From Limnobacter sp. (GTDB lineage Bacteria; Pseudomonadota; Gammaproteobacteria; Burkholderiales; Burkholderiaceae_B): a DNA stretch of 64,000 nucleotides. A program made the position numbers and the translations under genes. Location: assembly GCF_964228395.1 (NCBI RefSeq), contig NZ_CAXQZX010000129.1, positions 21,466 to 85,465 of the forward strand, in the 5' to 3' direction. Shown in pieces: positions 47,243-56,230 of the stretch. Positions within the stretch are counted from its first letter, which is position 1. Each line of letters opens with the position of its first letter. The notes below the pieces were generated by a model that searched no databases, was not told where the DNA came from, and saw nothing but the letters and a program-made list of their open reading frames with translations.

Positions 47243-48871
47243 TCAGGGCCTTGCCACCCCAAACTGCATAGGCTGCACACTGCGCTCTTGTTGAATGCAG
47301 GCAGCCAACGCCAGTGCCAACACATGACGTGTATCGCGGGGGTCGATCACCCCATCATCGAGCAGCAGGCCACTGGTGTAAAAAGCGCTGGTTTGTGATT
47401 CAAAGGTGTCGATGATTTGTTTTTTCATGTTCTCCAGCATGAATTCGGGCACCTCCATGCCCTTGCGGGCGGCGCTGGCCTGCATCACGGTGGCCATGGT
47501 GCCAGCGGCTTGCTCGGCGCCCATCACTGCGGTTGTGCTGTTGGGCCAGGCAAACACAAAGCGGGGGCCGAATGCGCGGCCGCACATGCCGTAATTGCCC
47601 GCACCAAAACTTGCGCCGCACAGCAAAGTGATTTGTGGCACGGTGGCATTGCTCACGGCTTGGATCATTTTGGAGCCATGTTTGATGATGCCCCCTTGTT
47701 CGGCGTCTTTGCCGACCATGTAACCCGTGGTGTTTTGCAGGTAAATGATGGGGGTTTTGGTTTGGCAGCAGCTTTGAATGAAATGCGTGGCCTTGGTGGC
47801 ACCGGCTGTGTCGATGGGTCCCAAATTGCTGATGATGCCAATCGACATGCCCATGAGTTTGGCGTATCCGCACAAGGTGGCCGAGCCGTAGTTGGCCTTG
47901 AATTCCAGAAAGTCGGAGTCGTCCACAATGCGGGCAATGACCTCGCGCATGTCCACCGGGGTTTTGATATCTGCAGGCATGATGCCCAGCAATTCTTCGG
48001 CAGGGTAACGCGGCGCGGGTGCTTTGGGATCGGGCATCGGCAATGCGTGGCGATTGCTGTTGTTCCAATCTATTTTGGCCATCACATCGCGGGCGATTGA
48101 AATGGCGTGGCGATCGTCGTCGGCAATGTAGTCACCCAGGCCCGAGACTGAGCAATGCATGTCTGCTCCGCCCAACTCTTCATCGGTGGCAATTTCACCT
48201 GTGGCAGCCTTCAGCAGAGGTGGGCCCGCCAAAAACGCACGGGCGCGCTCGCGCACCATGATCACCACATCGCTTAAACCCGGGATATACGCCCCCCCCG
48301 CGGTTGAAGACCCATGGAGTACGTTGATGACTGGCAGTCCAGCGGCGCTGAGCTTGGCGAGGCGGTAGAAGTTACCGCCGCCCAAAATGAAGTGCTCCAC
48401 TTTGTACTTGAGCAAATTGGCGCCAGCCGATTCGCCCAGGTTAATAAAAGGCAGTTTGTTTTCCAGCGCGATGTCTTGCGCTCTTTGCATTTTTTCGATG
48501 CCCATGGCTTGAAGCGCGCCCGCCTCAATGCCGGAGTCGCTGGCCACCACCATGCACAGGGTGTTGGACACATAGCCCAAACCGGCAATGATGCCGCCCC
48601 CCGGGATGCTTTTTTCGGGTTTCTGCCCGTCTTGCATGTAGCCTGCCAGGGTGCTGAGCTCTAAAAATGGCGACCCTGCATCAAGCAGCAAAGCCACGCG
48701 GTCGCGGGGCAAAAGCTGCCCGCGTTTGGCAAACGAGGGCGCTGCTTTGGAAGAGGCTTCCCGCGTGCGTTGCTCCAGCCCACGAAGGGTTTGAAGGTGT
48801 TGGCGCATGTGGGTGGCGTTGGTTTGGAACTCTGCTGAGTTGGCCTGAATGTTGGATTGCAGAATTGGCAT
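47243..48871 (-). CDS. Acyl-CoA carboxylase carboxyltransferase (beta) subunit (MccB/AtuC-like)
   Basis: Carboxyltransferase motifs are present (GGGIIAGLGYVSN, GSSTAGGAYIPGLSD, GASFGAGNYGMCGRAF). The ATG at 48871 gives about 542 aa. The track ORF start at 48994 would overlap the SDR gene. Confidence 0.93.
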   Translation of the reverse strand: MPILQSNIQANSAEFQTNATHMRQHLQTLRGLEQRTREASSKAAPSFAKRGQLLPRDRVALLLDAGSPFLELSTLAGYMQDGQKPEKSIPGGGIIAGLGYVSNTLCMVVASDSGIEAGALQAMGIEKMQRAQDIALENKLPFINLGESAGANLLKYKVEHFILGGGNFYRLAKLSAAGLPVINVLHGSSTAGGAYIPGLSDVVIMVRERARAFLAGPPLLKAATGEIATDEELGGADMHCSVSGLGDYIADDDRHAISIARDVMAKIDWNNSNRHALPMPDPKAPAPRYPAEELLGIMPADIKTPVDMREVIARIVDDSDFLEFKANYGSATLCGYAKLMGMSIGIISNLGPIDTAGATKATHFIQSCCQTKTPIIYLQNTTGYMVGKDAEQGGIIKHGSKMIQAVSNATVPQITLLCGASFGAGNYGMCGRAFGPRFVFAWPNSTTAVMGAEQAAGTMATVMQASAARKGMEVPEFMLENMKKQIIDTFESQTSAFYTSGLLLDDGVIDPRDTRHVLALALAACIQQERSVQPMQFGVARP

Positions 48872-48879
48872 GGTTGGGG

Positions 48880-49800
48880 TCACTTGCCTTTGGCCGCGCG
48901 CTCTGCGTCGCGCCGTTGAATGACCTCGGGCAGGCCTCCCAAATGGAAGCTGTTGAAGGCCGGGTTTTGTTTGCCGTTGCCCACCACCGGCCACACGCGC
49001 TTGGCGTTCACCGCTGCACCGTCAACCCGAATGCAACTGCCAGAGATGAAGGAGGCAGCTGGGCTGCACAGGAAGGTGAGCACCGCGGACACTTCCGCCT
49101 CCAGGCCCAAGCGTTGCAGGGGGATGGTTTTGTCCAATTGCATGATGGTTTGCTTCATGGGTTCGGGGTAGGTGTCCATGCCGCTGGAGGCGATGAATCC
49201 CGGGGCAACTGCGTTGACCCGCACGGGCGCCCATTCAAGCGCGGCTGTTTCCGAAAAATTCAACATGCCCGCGCGCGCAGCGCCCGAGTGCCCCATGCCG
49301 GGCATGCCATTCCACATGTCGGCGATGATGTTGGTGATCGACATGTCGGTTTTACCCAGGTTGCGAACCATGTGTTGGTTAAACACCTCCCGGGCCATTA
49401 AAAACCCCCCCGTGAGGTTGTTGCGCACCACGGTCTCCCAACCCTTGGCGCTGATTGCGCTCAATGGTGAGGGGAATTGCCCACCCGCGTTGTTGATGAG
49501 ATGGTCGATTTTGCCATGGGCTTTGAGTATGTCTGCTACAGTGTCTTTCACCCGATCTTCTTCGCGGATGTCGCAACTGTGCAGGCTGATTTCGACTTTG
49601 CAGGTTTGAAGTATTTCGGCTTTGACCGCCTCTAGTTTTTCGATTTTTCGACCCACCAGTGCCAGGTTGGCGCCCAGGCTGGCCAGCTCGTGTGCGGTGC
49701 ATCGGCCAATGCCAGAGCCGCCCCCGGTGACCACAATGGTTTGGCCCGAAAATAGACCAGGCTTAAAAACGGATTGGAAGCTGTTCAAAGTGGGCCTCAA
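48880..49800 (-). CDS. SDR-family oxidoreductase
   Basis: It has the Rossmann motif VTGGGSGIGR, together with NNAGG. A catalytic-region segment (MGHSGAARAG) is also present. Confidence 0.9.
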   Translation of the reverse strand: MRPTLNSFQSVFKPGLFSGQTIVVTGGGSGIGRCTAHELASLGANLALVGRKIEKLEAVKAEILQTCKVEISLHSCDIREEDRVKDTVADILKAHGKIDHLINNAGGQFPSPLSAISAKGWETVVRNNLTGGFLMAREVFNQHMVRNLGKTDMSITNIIADMWNGMPGMGHSGAARAGMLNFSETAALEWAPVRVNAVAPGFIASSGMDTYPEPMKQTIMQLDKTIPLQRLGLEAEVSAVLTFLCSPAASFISGSCIRVDGAAVNAKRVWPVVGNGKQNPAFNSFHLGGLPEVIQRRDAERAAKGK

Positions 49801-49880
49801 AGATATTCAAGCGAACGTTTGATTGATAAGATAGGCAAATTGTCACCAACTACGGCGTACCTGTCAACGCCTGCCTGCGC

Positions 49881-51680
49881 ATGAATCCTTCTTCTACAGC
49901 CATGCAAAAAACCATTCACATTGGGGGTGCCTGCGGTTTTTGGGGCGATAGCAGCTTGGGCACCGAGCAGTTGTTGCAAGTGCCGTGCCTGAACTACATC
50001 ACGTACGATTACCTGGCCGAACTCACCTTGGCCATCATGGCGGGCATGCGCATGAAAAACCCAGAGCATGGCTATGCGCTGGACTTTGTGGAGTTGATGA
50101 AAAAAGCCCTGCCAACGGCCAAAGCCAAGGGCATACGCATTGTGGCCAACGCGGGTGGCCTGAACCCAAATGCTTGTGCCGCGGCTTTGCGCAAGGCGCT
50201 GGATGAGGTGGGGTGCCAGGCAAACATAGCGGTGGTGAGTGGTGATGACGCCACGGCCACCCTGGGGCGGTTGCGCAAAGAGGGTGTTGAGCTGAAAGAC
50301 CCCCATTCAAACAAACCTGCACCCCCTTTCTTTTTAACAGCCAATGCCTATTTGGGCGCATTCCCGATAGCAGCGGCGCTGGACGCCGGCGCAGACATCG
50401 TGATTACTGGCCGCGTGGTGGACAGTGCCATGGTGTTGGGGGCTTTGATCCACGAATTTAAATGGACCCCAGGCGACCTGAATGCGTTGGCTCAAGGTAG
50501 CCTGGCTGGGCACATGGTGGAGTGCGGCGCACAGGCCACCGGTGGCCTGTTCACGGATTGGGAGCAAGTGCCCGATTGGGCCAACATTGGTTACCCTGTG
50601 GTGAGTGTGCAGGCCGATGGTGGCTTTGAGTTAAGCAAGCCAGAAGGCACCGGCGGTTTGGTGAATGTGGCGGTGGCCACTGAGCAAATGCTGTATGAAA
50701 TTCACGACCCTGCCTGCTACGCACTGCCCGATGTGGTCTGCGACTTCACCACGGTGCGAATGACGCAAGTGGGCAAAGACCGAGTTCGCATCACCGGTGC
50801 GCGGGGCCGTGCGCCCAGCGATGTTTACAAGGTGTGTGCCACGTATCCAGAGGGCTTCCGCTGCATAGGGTTGTTGTCGGTGGTGGGTTTTGATGCGCAC
50901 GCCAAAGCCCTTCGAACAGGCGAGGCCATTTTGGAGCGCACACGCACCATGTTCAAACGCCAAGGGTTGGCTGACTACACCTGTACCAACATTGAAATTG
51001 TGGGCAGCGAAACAGACTTGGGGCCTCACGCCCAGGCGCGGCTGGGGCATGAAGCACTGTTGCGAATTGCAGTGGTGCACCCTGATAAAAAAGGCGCATC
51101 GATTTTTTCACGAGAAATTGCGCCAGCCGGCACCAGCTATGCGCCGGGCACCAGTGGTAACTTTGGCATGGGGCGCCCAAACGTGACGCCCTTGGTGAAA
51201 TTGTTTAGCTGCTTTGTGCCCAAAACCTTGCACCACCCAGTGGTGAGTATCAACAGTGAGGCACTGGCCTACAACGAGCCCGCTCACCCCTTGGCCGATG
51301 CTGGGGTGGAGGCCTGCAGCCATTTGGCGGTGCCTGAGCGCGGAGCAATCACGATACCCCCGGCCTTATTGGATCAGCCACTGCTTGCCATAGCTCACGG
51401 GCGCAGCGGCGACAAGGGCAACACCAGCAATGTGGGTTTGGTGGCCCGTGCGCCCGAATATTTTGATTTGCTTAAAACACTGGTTACTCCACAGCGGGTG
51501 AAGACCTACCTCGCCCATTTGGTGCAAGGGGATGTGCTGGTTTACGAATTGCCTCAAGTGTTGGCCTTGAATGTCGTTATGCAAGAAGCCTTGGACGGGG
51601 GTGGCATGGCTTCCATGCGCAACGACCCCTTGGGCAAAGGCATGGCGCAGCTGTTGCTCACCATGCCCATACGCCCATAG
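49881..51680 (+). CDS. atuA: AtuA-like protein (acyclic terpene utilisation, DUF1446 family)
   Basis: It is 599 aa. The N-terminus (IHIGGACGFWGDS...NYITYDYLAELTLAIM) and the overall length match my memory of AtuA/DUF1446. It is divergent from the SDR/carboxylase genes, as in atu clusters. Confidence 0.75.
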   Translation: MNPSSTAMQKTIHIGGACGFWGDSSLGTEQLLQVPCLNYITYDYLAELTLAIMAGMRMKNPEHGYALDFVELMKKALPTAKAKGIRIVANAGGLNPNACAAALRKALDEVGCQANIAVVSGDDATATLGRLRKEGVELKDPHSNKPAPPFFLTANAYLGAFPIAAALDAGADIVITGRVVDSAMVLGALIHEFKWTPGDLNALAQGSLAGHMVECGAQATGGLFTDWEQVPDWANIGYPVVSVQADGGFELSKPEGTGGLVNVAVATEQMLYEIHDPACYALPDVVCDFTTVRMTQVGKDRVRITGARGRAPSDVYKVCATYPEGFRCIGLLSVVGFDAHAKALRTGEAILERTRTMFKRQGLADYTCTNIEIVGSETDLGPHAQARLGHEALLRIAVVHPDKKGASIFSREIAPAGTSYAPGTSGNFGMGRPNVTPLVKLFSCFVPKTLHHPVVSINSEALAYNEPAHPLADAGVEACSHLAVPERGAITIPPALLDQPLLAIAHGRSGDKGNTSNVGLVARAPEYFDLLKTLVTPQRVKTYLAHLVQGDVLVYELPQVLALNVVMQEALDGGGMASMRNDPLGKGMAQLLLTMPIRP

Positions 51681-51819
51681 TGGGGTCCGCTCGATTGGAG
51701 GGGTACACCACGTTGGGCGGACCCCCGAGTTAGTTATCTTTTTCCTACACGATGTCTCCGTTGAATGAGATGTGAGGTGCTTCAGCGCACCTACAACACA
51801 TCACACAGGAGAGATCATC

Positions 51820-52569
51820 ATGAAATTCAATCAAATCGCCATCGTTGCCGCCATCACCACCGGTTTTGCCATGCCCGTTACTGCCCAAGCGTCTGACATC
51901 GTGACCTTGAACGGATGGGGTTCATTGTTTGCCGCAGCACATTCTGGCCAGCAGGCTTCTGCACAGGGCCAGGGCGAGTTGAAAGTGTCTGCATTCCAGC
52001 AACGCCAGGAAGCTCCAGCGGCTGAACCTGCTCCTGCTCCCGAGCAGCCCGCACCTGCCACACCCGCTCCCCAGCCAGGTGACGGCGCAGTGGCAGAGGC
52101 TCCAGAGGGCAGTGCTCCTGAAGGTGAAATGGCCAATGCAGACAACGCCACAGCCGAATCTTCTGACGCCGGCCAACAGCAAGCCAACACCGCAACTGCG
52201 AGCGTGGCTGCCAGTGTGAGCGCCAGTGTAAAAATGAGCGGCGATGGCAAAGACAAACTGGTCAAGGCTGTGGATGGTGCCTACCAAACTGCGGGTGCAG
52301 CCGTTGAAGGCGTGGTGGACGGCGCCATGGGCAATATGCAAACCATGGCCAGCCGTTCTTCAGGCAGCCGCAATGTCAATGTGAACACCAGCAAGAGTGG
52401 TTCTGTGGATGTGGCTGGTGTTGCTACCGCCAACGCCACTGGCACCGTGAGCGCAACGGCCAGCCTGGCAAATTCAGGCCAAATGGCTGCGATTGCTGCC
52501 ATGACCAGCAGCCTGGTTCAGAACGTGATCGCCGCCCGCCCAGCCTCCTTGTCTGGCCTGCTGCGCTAA
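51820..52569 (+). CDS. Secreted low-complexity Ala/Ser/Gly/Gln-rich protein
   Basis: An AGGAG ribosome-binding site precedes the signal peptide MKFNQIAIVAAITTGFAMPVTAQA. The rest is a low-complexity acidic or Ala-rich body. It is followed by a strong terminator. Confidence 0.65.
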   Translation: MKFNQIAIVAAITTGFAMPVTAQASDIVTLNGWGSLFAAAHSGQQASAQGQGELKVSAFQQRQEAPAAEPAPAPEQPAPATPAPQPGDGAVAEAPEGSAPEGEMANADNATAESSDAGQQQANTATASVAASVSASVKMSGDGKDKLVKAVDGAYQTAGAAVEGVVDGAMGNMQTMASRSSGSRNVNVNTSKSGSVDVAGVATANATGTVSATASLANSGQMAAIAAMTSSLVQNVIAARPASLSGLLR

Positions 52570-52593
52570 ATATGCGTCACGCCCCTGGAAGAA

Positions 52594-52618
52594 CCCTCGC
52601 ATCGCGAGGGTTTTTTTT
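52594..52618 (+). terminator. Rho-independent terminator
   Basis: The stem-loop CCCTCGC atc GCGAGGG is followed by T8. Confidence 0.8.
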
Positions 52619-52626
52619 CGCCTGTT

Positions 52627-53217
52627 TTACGCTTGTTGCAAGAAGAACTCGACCACCTTATTGGTGAGCAAATCCAGGTTGTCCCCTCGGCGGGGCTTGT
52701 ACCAGGTGACCATGAAGTTCATGGCACCCAGAACCATCAGGCGCGCAAACTTGGGGTCGCTCTTTAAGAAGCCCTCGGCATGTAGGGCTTGAATTGATTT
52801 TTGCCAAATCGCATCGTATTCGTCTTTGGTGGCAATCAGCCGGCGCTGATGCGCGTCATCCAGGCAGCGCCAGTTGTAGAGCATCACCGGGATGAAGTCA
52901 TTGCCGTCTTCCAGAATAATGCTCAAGTGCACCCGAACCAAGGCCTTGAATTGTGCGTCTGCAGACAATGAGGGGTTGACCACAGCGCGGGTTTTTTCAA
53001 GGCCCTGTCGCAAGCCTTCTTCGACCACAGCCACAAGAATGTCTTGTTTGCTGGCGAAGTGGTAGAAGGGGCTGCCACATTGCATGCCCACCGCGTTGGC
53101 AATGGCGCGCATGCTGGCGCCATCGTAACCCTTGTCGCGGAATAGTTTGGCGGCTGCACGAACAATGTCGCCGCGCCGACCGTCGTCCGATTTTTGCTCT
53201 TTGAGTACTCTTGCCAC
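52627..53217 (-). CDS. TetR-family transcriptional regulator
   Basis: It has an N-terminal HTH (RGDIVRAAAKLFRDKGYDGASMRAIANAVGMQCGSPFYHFASKQDIL). Confidence 0.9.
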   Translation of the reverse strand: MARVLKEQKSDDGRRGDIVRAAAKLFRDKGYDGASMRAIANAVGMQCGSPFYHFASKQDILVAVVEEGLRQGLEKTRAVVNPSLSADAQFKALVRVHLSIILEDGNDFIPVMLYNWRCLDDAHQRRLIATKDEYDAIWQKSIQALHAEGFLKSDPKFARLMVLGAMNFMVTWYKPRRGDNLDLLTNKVVEFFLQQA

Positions 53218-53230
53218 TTCCCAGTCCTTT

Positions 53231-53698
53231 TTATTGTGTGTTGCAGCTTAATGGTTTGCGCATCCATTGATGCGCAATGCCCACTTCCATGTGGGGTGGG
53301 CCTAGCGCCTCAAACCCATGCCGGGCATAAAAAGGCATAGCATGTTTTTGGGCGCTCAATTTTACTTCTTGCAGCCCTTGGCGAAGGGCTTCCTGTAGCA
53401 ATGCATTCAACATGGCGCTGCCGATGCCCTGGCCGCGCAAGTTCGGCAGCACAGCCATGCGACCAATCTTGCCGCTGTTGAGCAGTCGGGCTGTGCCCAC
53501 GGCCTGGTGGTTTAACCATGCCACGGCATGCAGTGCGTTGGCGTCGTGCTCATCCCACTCTTCGTGTTCTGGAATACCTTGCTCTTGTACAAAAACACAA
53601 CGGCGAATGGTTTTGGCCCATTCGCCGTTTGTTTGCCAGTTGTTGCAGGCGATGGTCAGCAAATCAGCCCAAAGCGGCCAGATCTGCGTCCACGGCAT
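53231..53698 (-). CDS. GNAT-family N-acetyltransferase
   Basis: The motif A region is IGRMAVLPNLRGQGIGSAMLNALLQEA, followed by FYARHGF. Confidence 0.85.
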   Translation of the reverse strand: MPWTQIWPLWADLLTIACNNWQTNGEWAKTIRRCVFVQEQGIPEHEEWDEHDANALHAVAWLNHQAVGTARLLNSGKIGRMAVLPNLRGQGIGSAMLNALLQEALRQGLQEVKLSAQKHAMPFYARHGFEALGPPHMEVGIAHQWMRKPLSCNTQ

Positions 53699-53876
53699 CC
53701 AGCATTTCCTGGGTGATCATGCCGCCCGAGAAGTTGGCCACCACAGCCAAGGGAAAGCCTTTGCCCATGCCAATTTGTGGGTGAGTAGAAATGCCGGGCA
53801 TGTGCTTTTCGAGAATGGCCAGCGTTTGCTCGTTGTCCAGCAGGTCGCCCAGTTTGGATTGGGTAGAAAAAGCCAT
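53664..53876 (-). CDS. 70 aa hypothetical protein
   Basis: The ORF has host-like codon usage and overlaps the downstream GNAT start by 35 nt. I recognise no motif. Confidence 0.4.
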   Translation of the reverse strand: MAFSTQSKLGDLLDNEQTLAILEKHMPGISTHPQIGMGKGFPLAVVANFSGGMITQEMLDAVDADLAALG

Positions 53877-53984
53877 GAAACGTGTCTCCTAGAATAGATT
53901 GGAATTTAATTCAAACAAACGCTTGAATTATTACCCGATTCTAGACCAAGAACGCTCATGGCGTCATGTGTTTTTAGTGTTGCC

Positions 53985-54761
53985 TTATTCCACTTGGGTG
54001 ACCAGGCTGAACGAAAACACGTCATCCGGGCTGGCGGTGCTTCGGCCACGGGTGTAACCAAACTGCAGCGCTGAGGTCTGGCTGAGCGAATACACGGCAG
54101 ACATTGCCCGCTCGCGGCGTTTTTCGGTGTTCGCCAGCAACTTATCACGTTCTGAGGTGGTGAAGTTGATGTACAGGTCGTCACCGAACGGGAAGCCAAA
54201 GCCCAGGATGGAGTAATTGCCGTGCAACAGGCGAAGGGTGGGTGTGTCGCCATACAGGGTGCGGCCAAATACACCGGTGAGGGCAAAGTTGTTTTGGAAG
54301 CGGTAGGCCAGGTCGGCCTGAATGCCGTAGTCGGTTTTGCCGGTGCCCAGGCCATCGCGCTCATCCCCGGTGGCCAGCTTGGCCAAGCCAGTGACTGACG
54401 CAGCAAAGCCTTTGCTTTGCAAATCACCCACCACATCGCGGGTGTAGGTGGCCACCATGTCGCCCAAGCCTTTGGCCTTGCGGGTGGGGGCCCCGCCAGC
54501 GGGGGTCACGGTGCCGTTTACAACCGTGCCTGGCCCTTTCAGTGAGATATAGGGCACAAACAGCGATGCCCGGTAGGTTTCGCCCACCAGGGTGGCGCCA
54601 AGGGTGAAAGATTTTGCTTCGGTTTCCCGACTCTGGCCAAACTTGCCCGTGAGGGAGTCAAAGCTGTAGGTCATCAAGAGTGCGGGTGGTTGCGCCCATG
54701 CGGTTGAAAGGGTTGCGCCCAATGCGCAGCCAAGCAATGTGCGAATAAAAGTATGCCCCAT
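53985..54761 (-). CDS. Outer-membrane beta-barrel protein (MetA-pathway/transporter-like porin family)
   Basis: A GGAG ribosome-binding site precedes the signal peptide MGHTFIRTLLGCALGATLSTAWA. The body shows an alternating beta-strand pattern. The C-terminus is aromatic and hydrophobic (FSFSLVTQVE). Confidence 0.6.
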   Translation of the reverse strand: MGHTFIRTLLGCALGATLSTAWAQPPALLMTYSFDSLTGKFGQSRETEAKSFTLGATLVGETYRASLFVPYISLKGPGTVVNGTVTPAGGAPTRKAKGLGDMVATYTRDVVGDLQSKGFAASVTGLAKLATGDERDGLGTGKTDYGIQADLAYRFQNNFALTGVFGRTLYGDTPTLRLLHGNYSILGFGFPFGDDLYINFTTSERDKLLANTEKRRERAMSAVYSLSQTSALQFGYTRGRSTASPDDVFSFSLVTQVE

Positions 54762-54840
54762 GTACTGTCTCCTTTTTTGACACAGTATAGGGGCAAAACC
54801 GCTGTGGCTGGGATCCTTCAAATGGTGAGTAGAAAAGTAC

Positions 54841-55308
54841 CTACTTTTTTGGGCGGTATTCCGCACGGAGCGTGCGTGCTTTTTCACGTTGTTCGGGTGT
54901 TAGCACTTTGTAAATGTCATGCTGGGTTTGCAGCATGTCCAGTTTTGCATCCAACTCACGGGCTTGTTGCTTTTTAATCAACGCGGCTGCCTTGGCGCGG
55001 TCAAATTCAGGGGCCTCAACCAGTGTGCGCACCTCTTCGCGGTGGGTGCGCCGCTCGCTCATGGCGTCTTTCATGGTGCCCCGTTGTTTGTCCAGTATGG
55101 CTTTTACTTGTGTTTTTTGCTCTTCGGTCAGGTCTAGTTGCTTCAACATGCCCATGCCGTGGTGATGCATTTTGCCGTGGTGCTCGGTGTGGTGGTCGTC
55201 GTGTGGACTGTGCGCTTGATCGGGCATGGCCTGGGCTGCCAATGGAATGGACATGGCCATGGCTGTGATGGCAATCATTTTGTGAATGGTGTGTCGACTT
55301 GAATTCAT
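54841..55308 (-). CDS. cpxP: Periplasmic Spy/CpxP-family chaperone/inhibitor
   Basis: It has a signal peptide and a His-rich N-terminus. Two LTXXQ motifs are present (LDLTEEQKTQV and LTPEQREKA). Confidence 0.8.
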   Translation of the reverse strand: MNSSRHTIHKMIAITAMAMSIPLAAQAMPDQAHSPHDDHHTEHHGKMHHHGMGMLKQLDLTEEQKTQVKAILDKQRGTMKDAMSERRTHREEVRTLVEAPEFDRAKAAALIKKQQARELDAKLDMLQTQHDIYKVLTPEQREKARTLRAEYRPKK

Positions 55309-55393
55309 GGTTTACTCCTTTGATTAAAAAGCCCGAGGGCTTTGGTGCAGCTTCATGGTGCGCAAAAGCCGTGTTAACGGGGATTCAGGCAAT

Positions 55394-55408
55394 GTAAAGA
55401 TGGGTAAA
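55394..55408. promoter_or_regulatory. CpxR consensus box GTAAA-N5-GTAAA
   Basis: GTAAAgatggGTAAA lies in the divergent intergenic region between the cpxP-like gene and the OmpR-family regulator. Confidence 0.6.
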
Positions 55409-55515
55409 GGAAGAACCTCCCGCTGCATGCATTTGGACTTGCCCATTAAGATAAACAGGCCGGTTAAAGGCAAAACCCGCTTGAATGCCGCCTGCCGACC
55501 ACTGAAGGAGTGCGA

Positions 55516-56199
55516 ATGGCCCGAATTCTTCACATTGATGATGACGTTGAACTGGGTGAAATGCTTTGCGAGTACCTGCAGGGCGAGGGCTTTGAGGCCG
55601 AGCACTGTGCTAACCCTCTGGAGGGTTTGAGCCGCCTGGCCGAAGGGGATATCCAATTGGTTGTGCTTGATGTGATGATGCCCCAACAAAGCGGCTTGGA
55701 GACCCTGAAACAGATCCGCAGCAAGCACTCGGTGCCCGTGCTGATGTTGACCGCACGGGGTGACAACATCGACCGCATTGTTGGCCTGGAGCTGGGTGCC
55801 GACGATTATGTGCCCAAGCCCTGCTTGCCCCGTGAAATTGTGGCTCGCATCCGGGCCATTTTGCGTCGCAGTGGCGAAGCCAGGCAGCCAGCCGGCCAGG
55901 CTGTGGTGCTGGGGCCTTTGCAGGTGTTGCCCAGCAAACGCAAGGTTTTTTGGCACGAGCAGGAGGTTGATTTGACCAGTGCGGAGTTTAATGTGCTGGA
56001 GGTGCTGGCTGCAAACGCCGGGCAAGTGGTGAGCAAAGCCACGCTGAGCGAACAGGGCCTTGGTCGACCTTTAGAACGCTTTGACCGCAGCATTGATGTG
56101 CACCTCAGCAACATTCGAAACAAATTGGGCTTGACCGGTGAGGCCGCCCTCACCTTGCACACCATACGTGGCAAGGGCTACCAATTGAGCTTGAATTAA
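55516..56199 (+). CDS. cpxR: OmpR-family response regulator (CpxR-like)
   Basis: The REC domain reads ILHIDDDVELGEML..VVLDVMMPQQSGLE. A winged-helix output domain follows (LTSAEFNVLEVLAANAGQVVSKATL..IRGKGY). A GGAG ribosome-binding site precedes the ATG at 55516. Confidence 0.93.
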   Translation: MARILHIDDDVELGEMLCEYLQGEGFEAEHCANPLEGLSRLAEGDIQLVVLDVMMPQQSGLETLKQIRSKHSVPVLMLTARGDNIDRIVGLELGADDYVPKPCLPREIVARIRAILRRSGEARQPAGQAVVLGPLQVLPSKRKVFWHEQEVDLTSAEFNVLEVLAANAGQVVSKATLSEQGLGRPLERFDRSIDVHLSNIRNKLGLTGEAALTLHTIRGKGYQLSLN

Positions 56200-56230
56200 G
56201 TGATGTTGAACTAAGCATTCGGCCGTTGCC

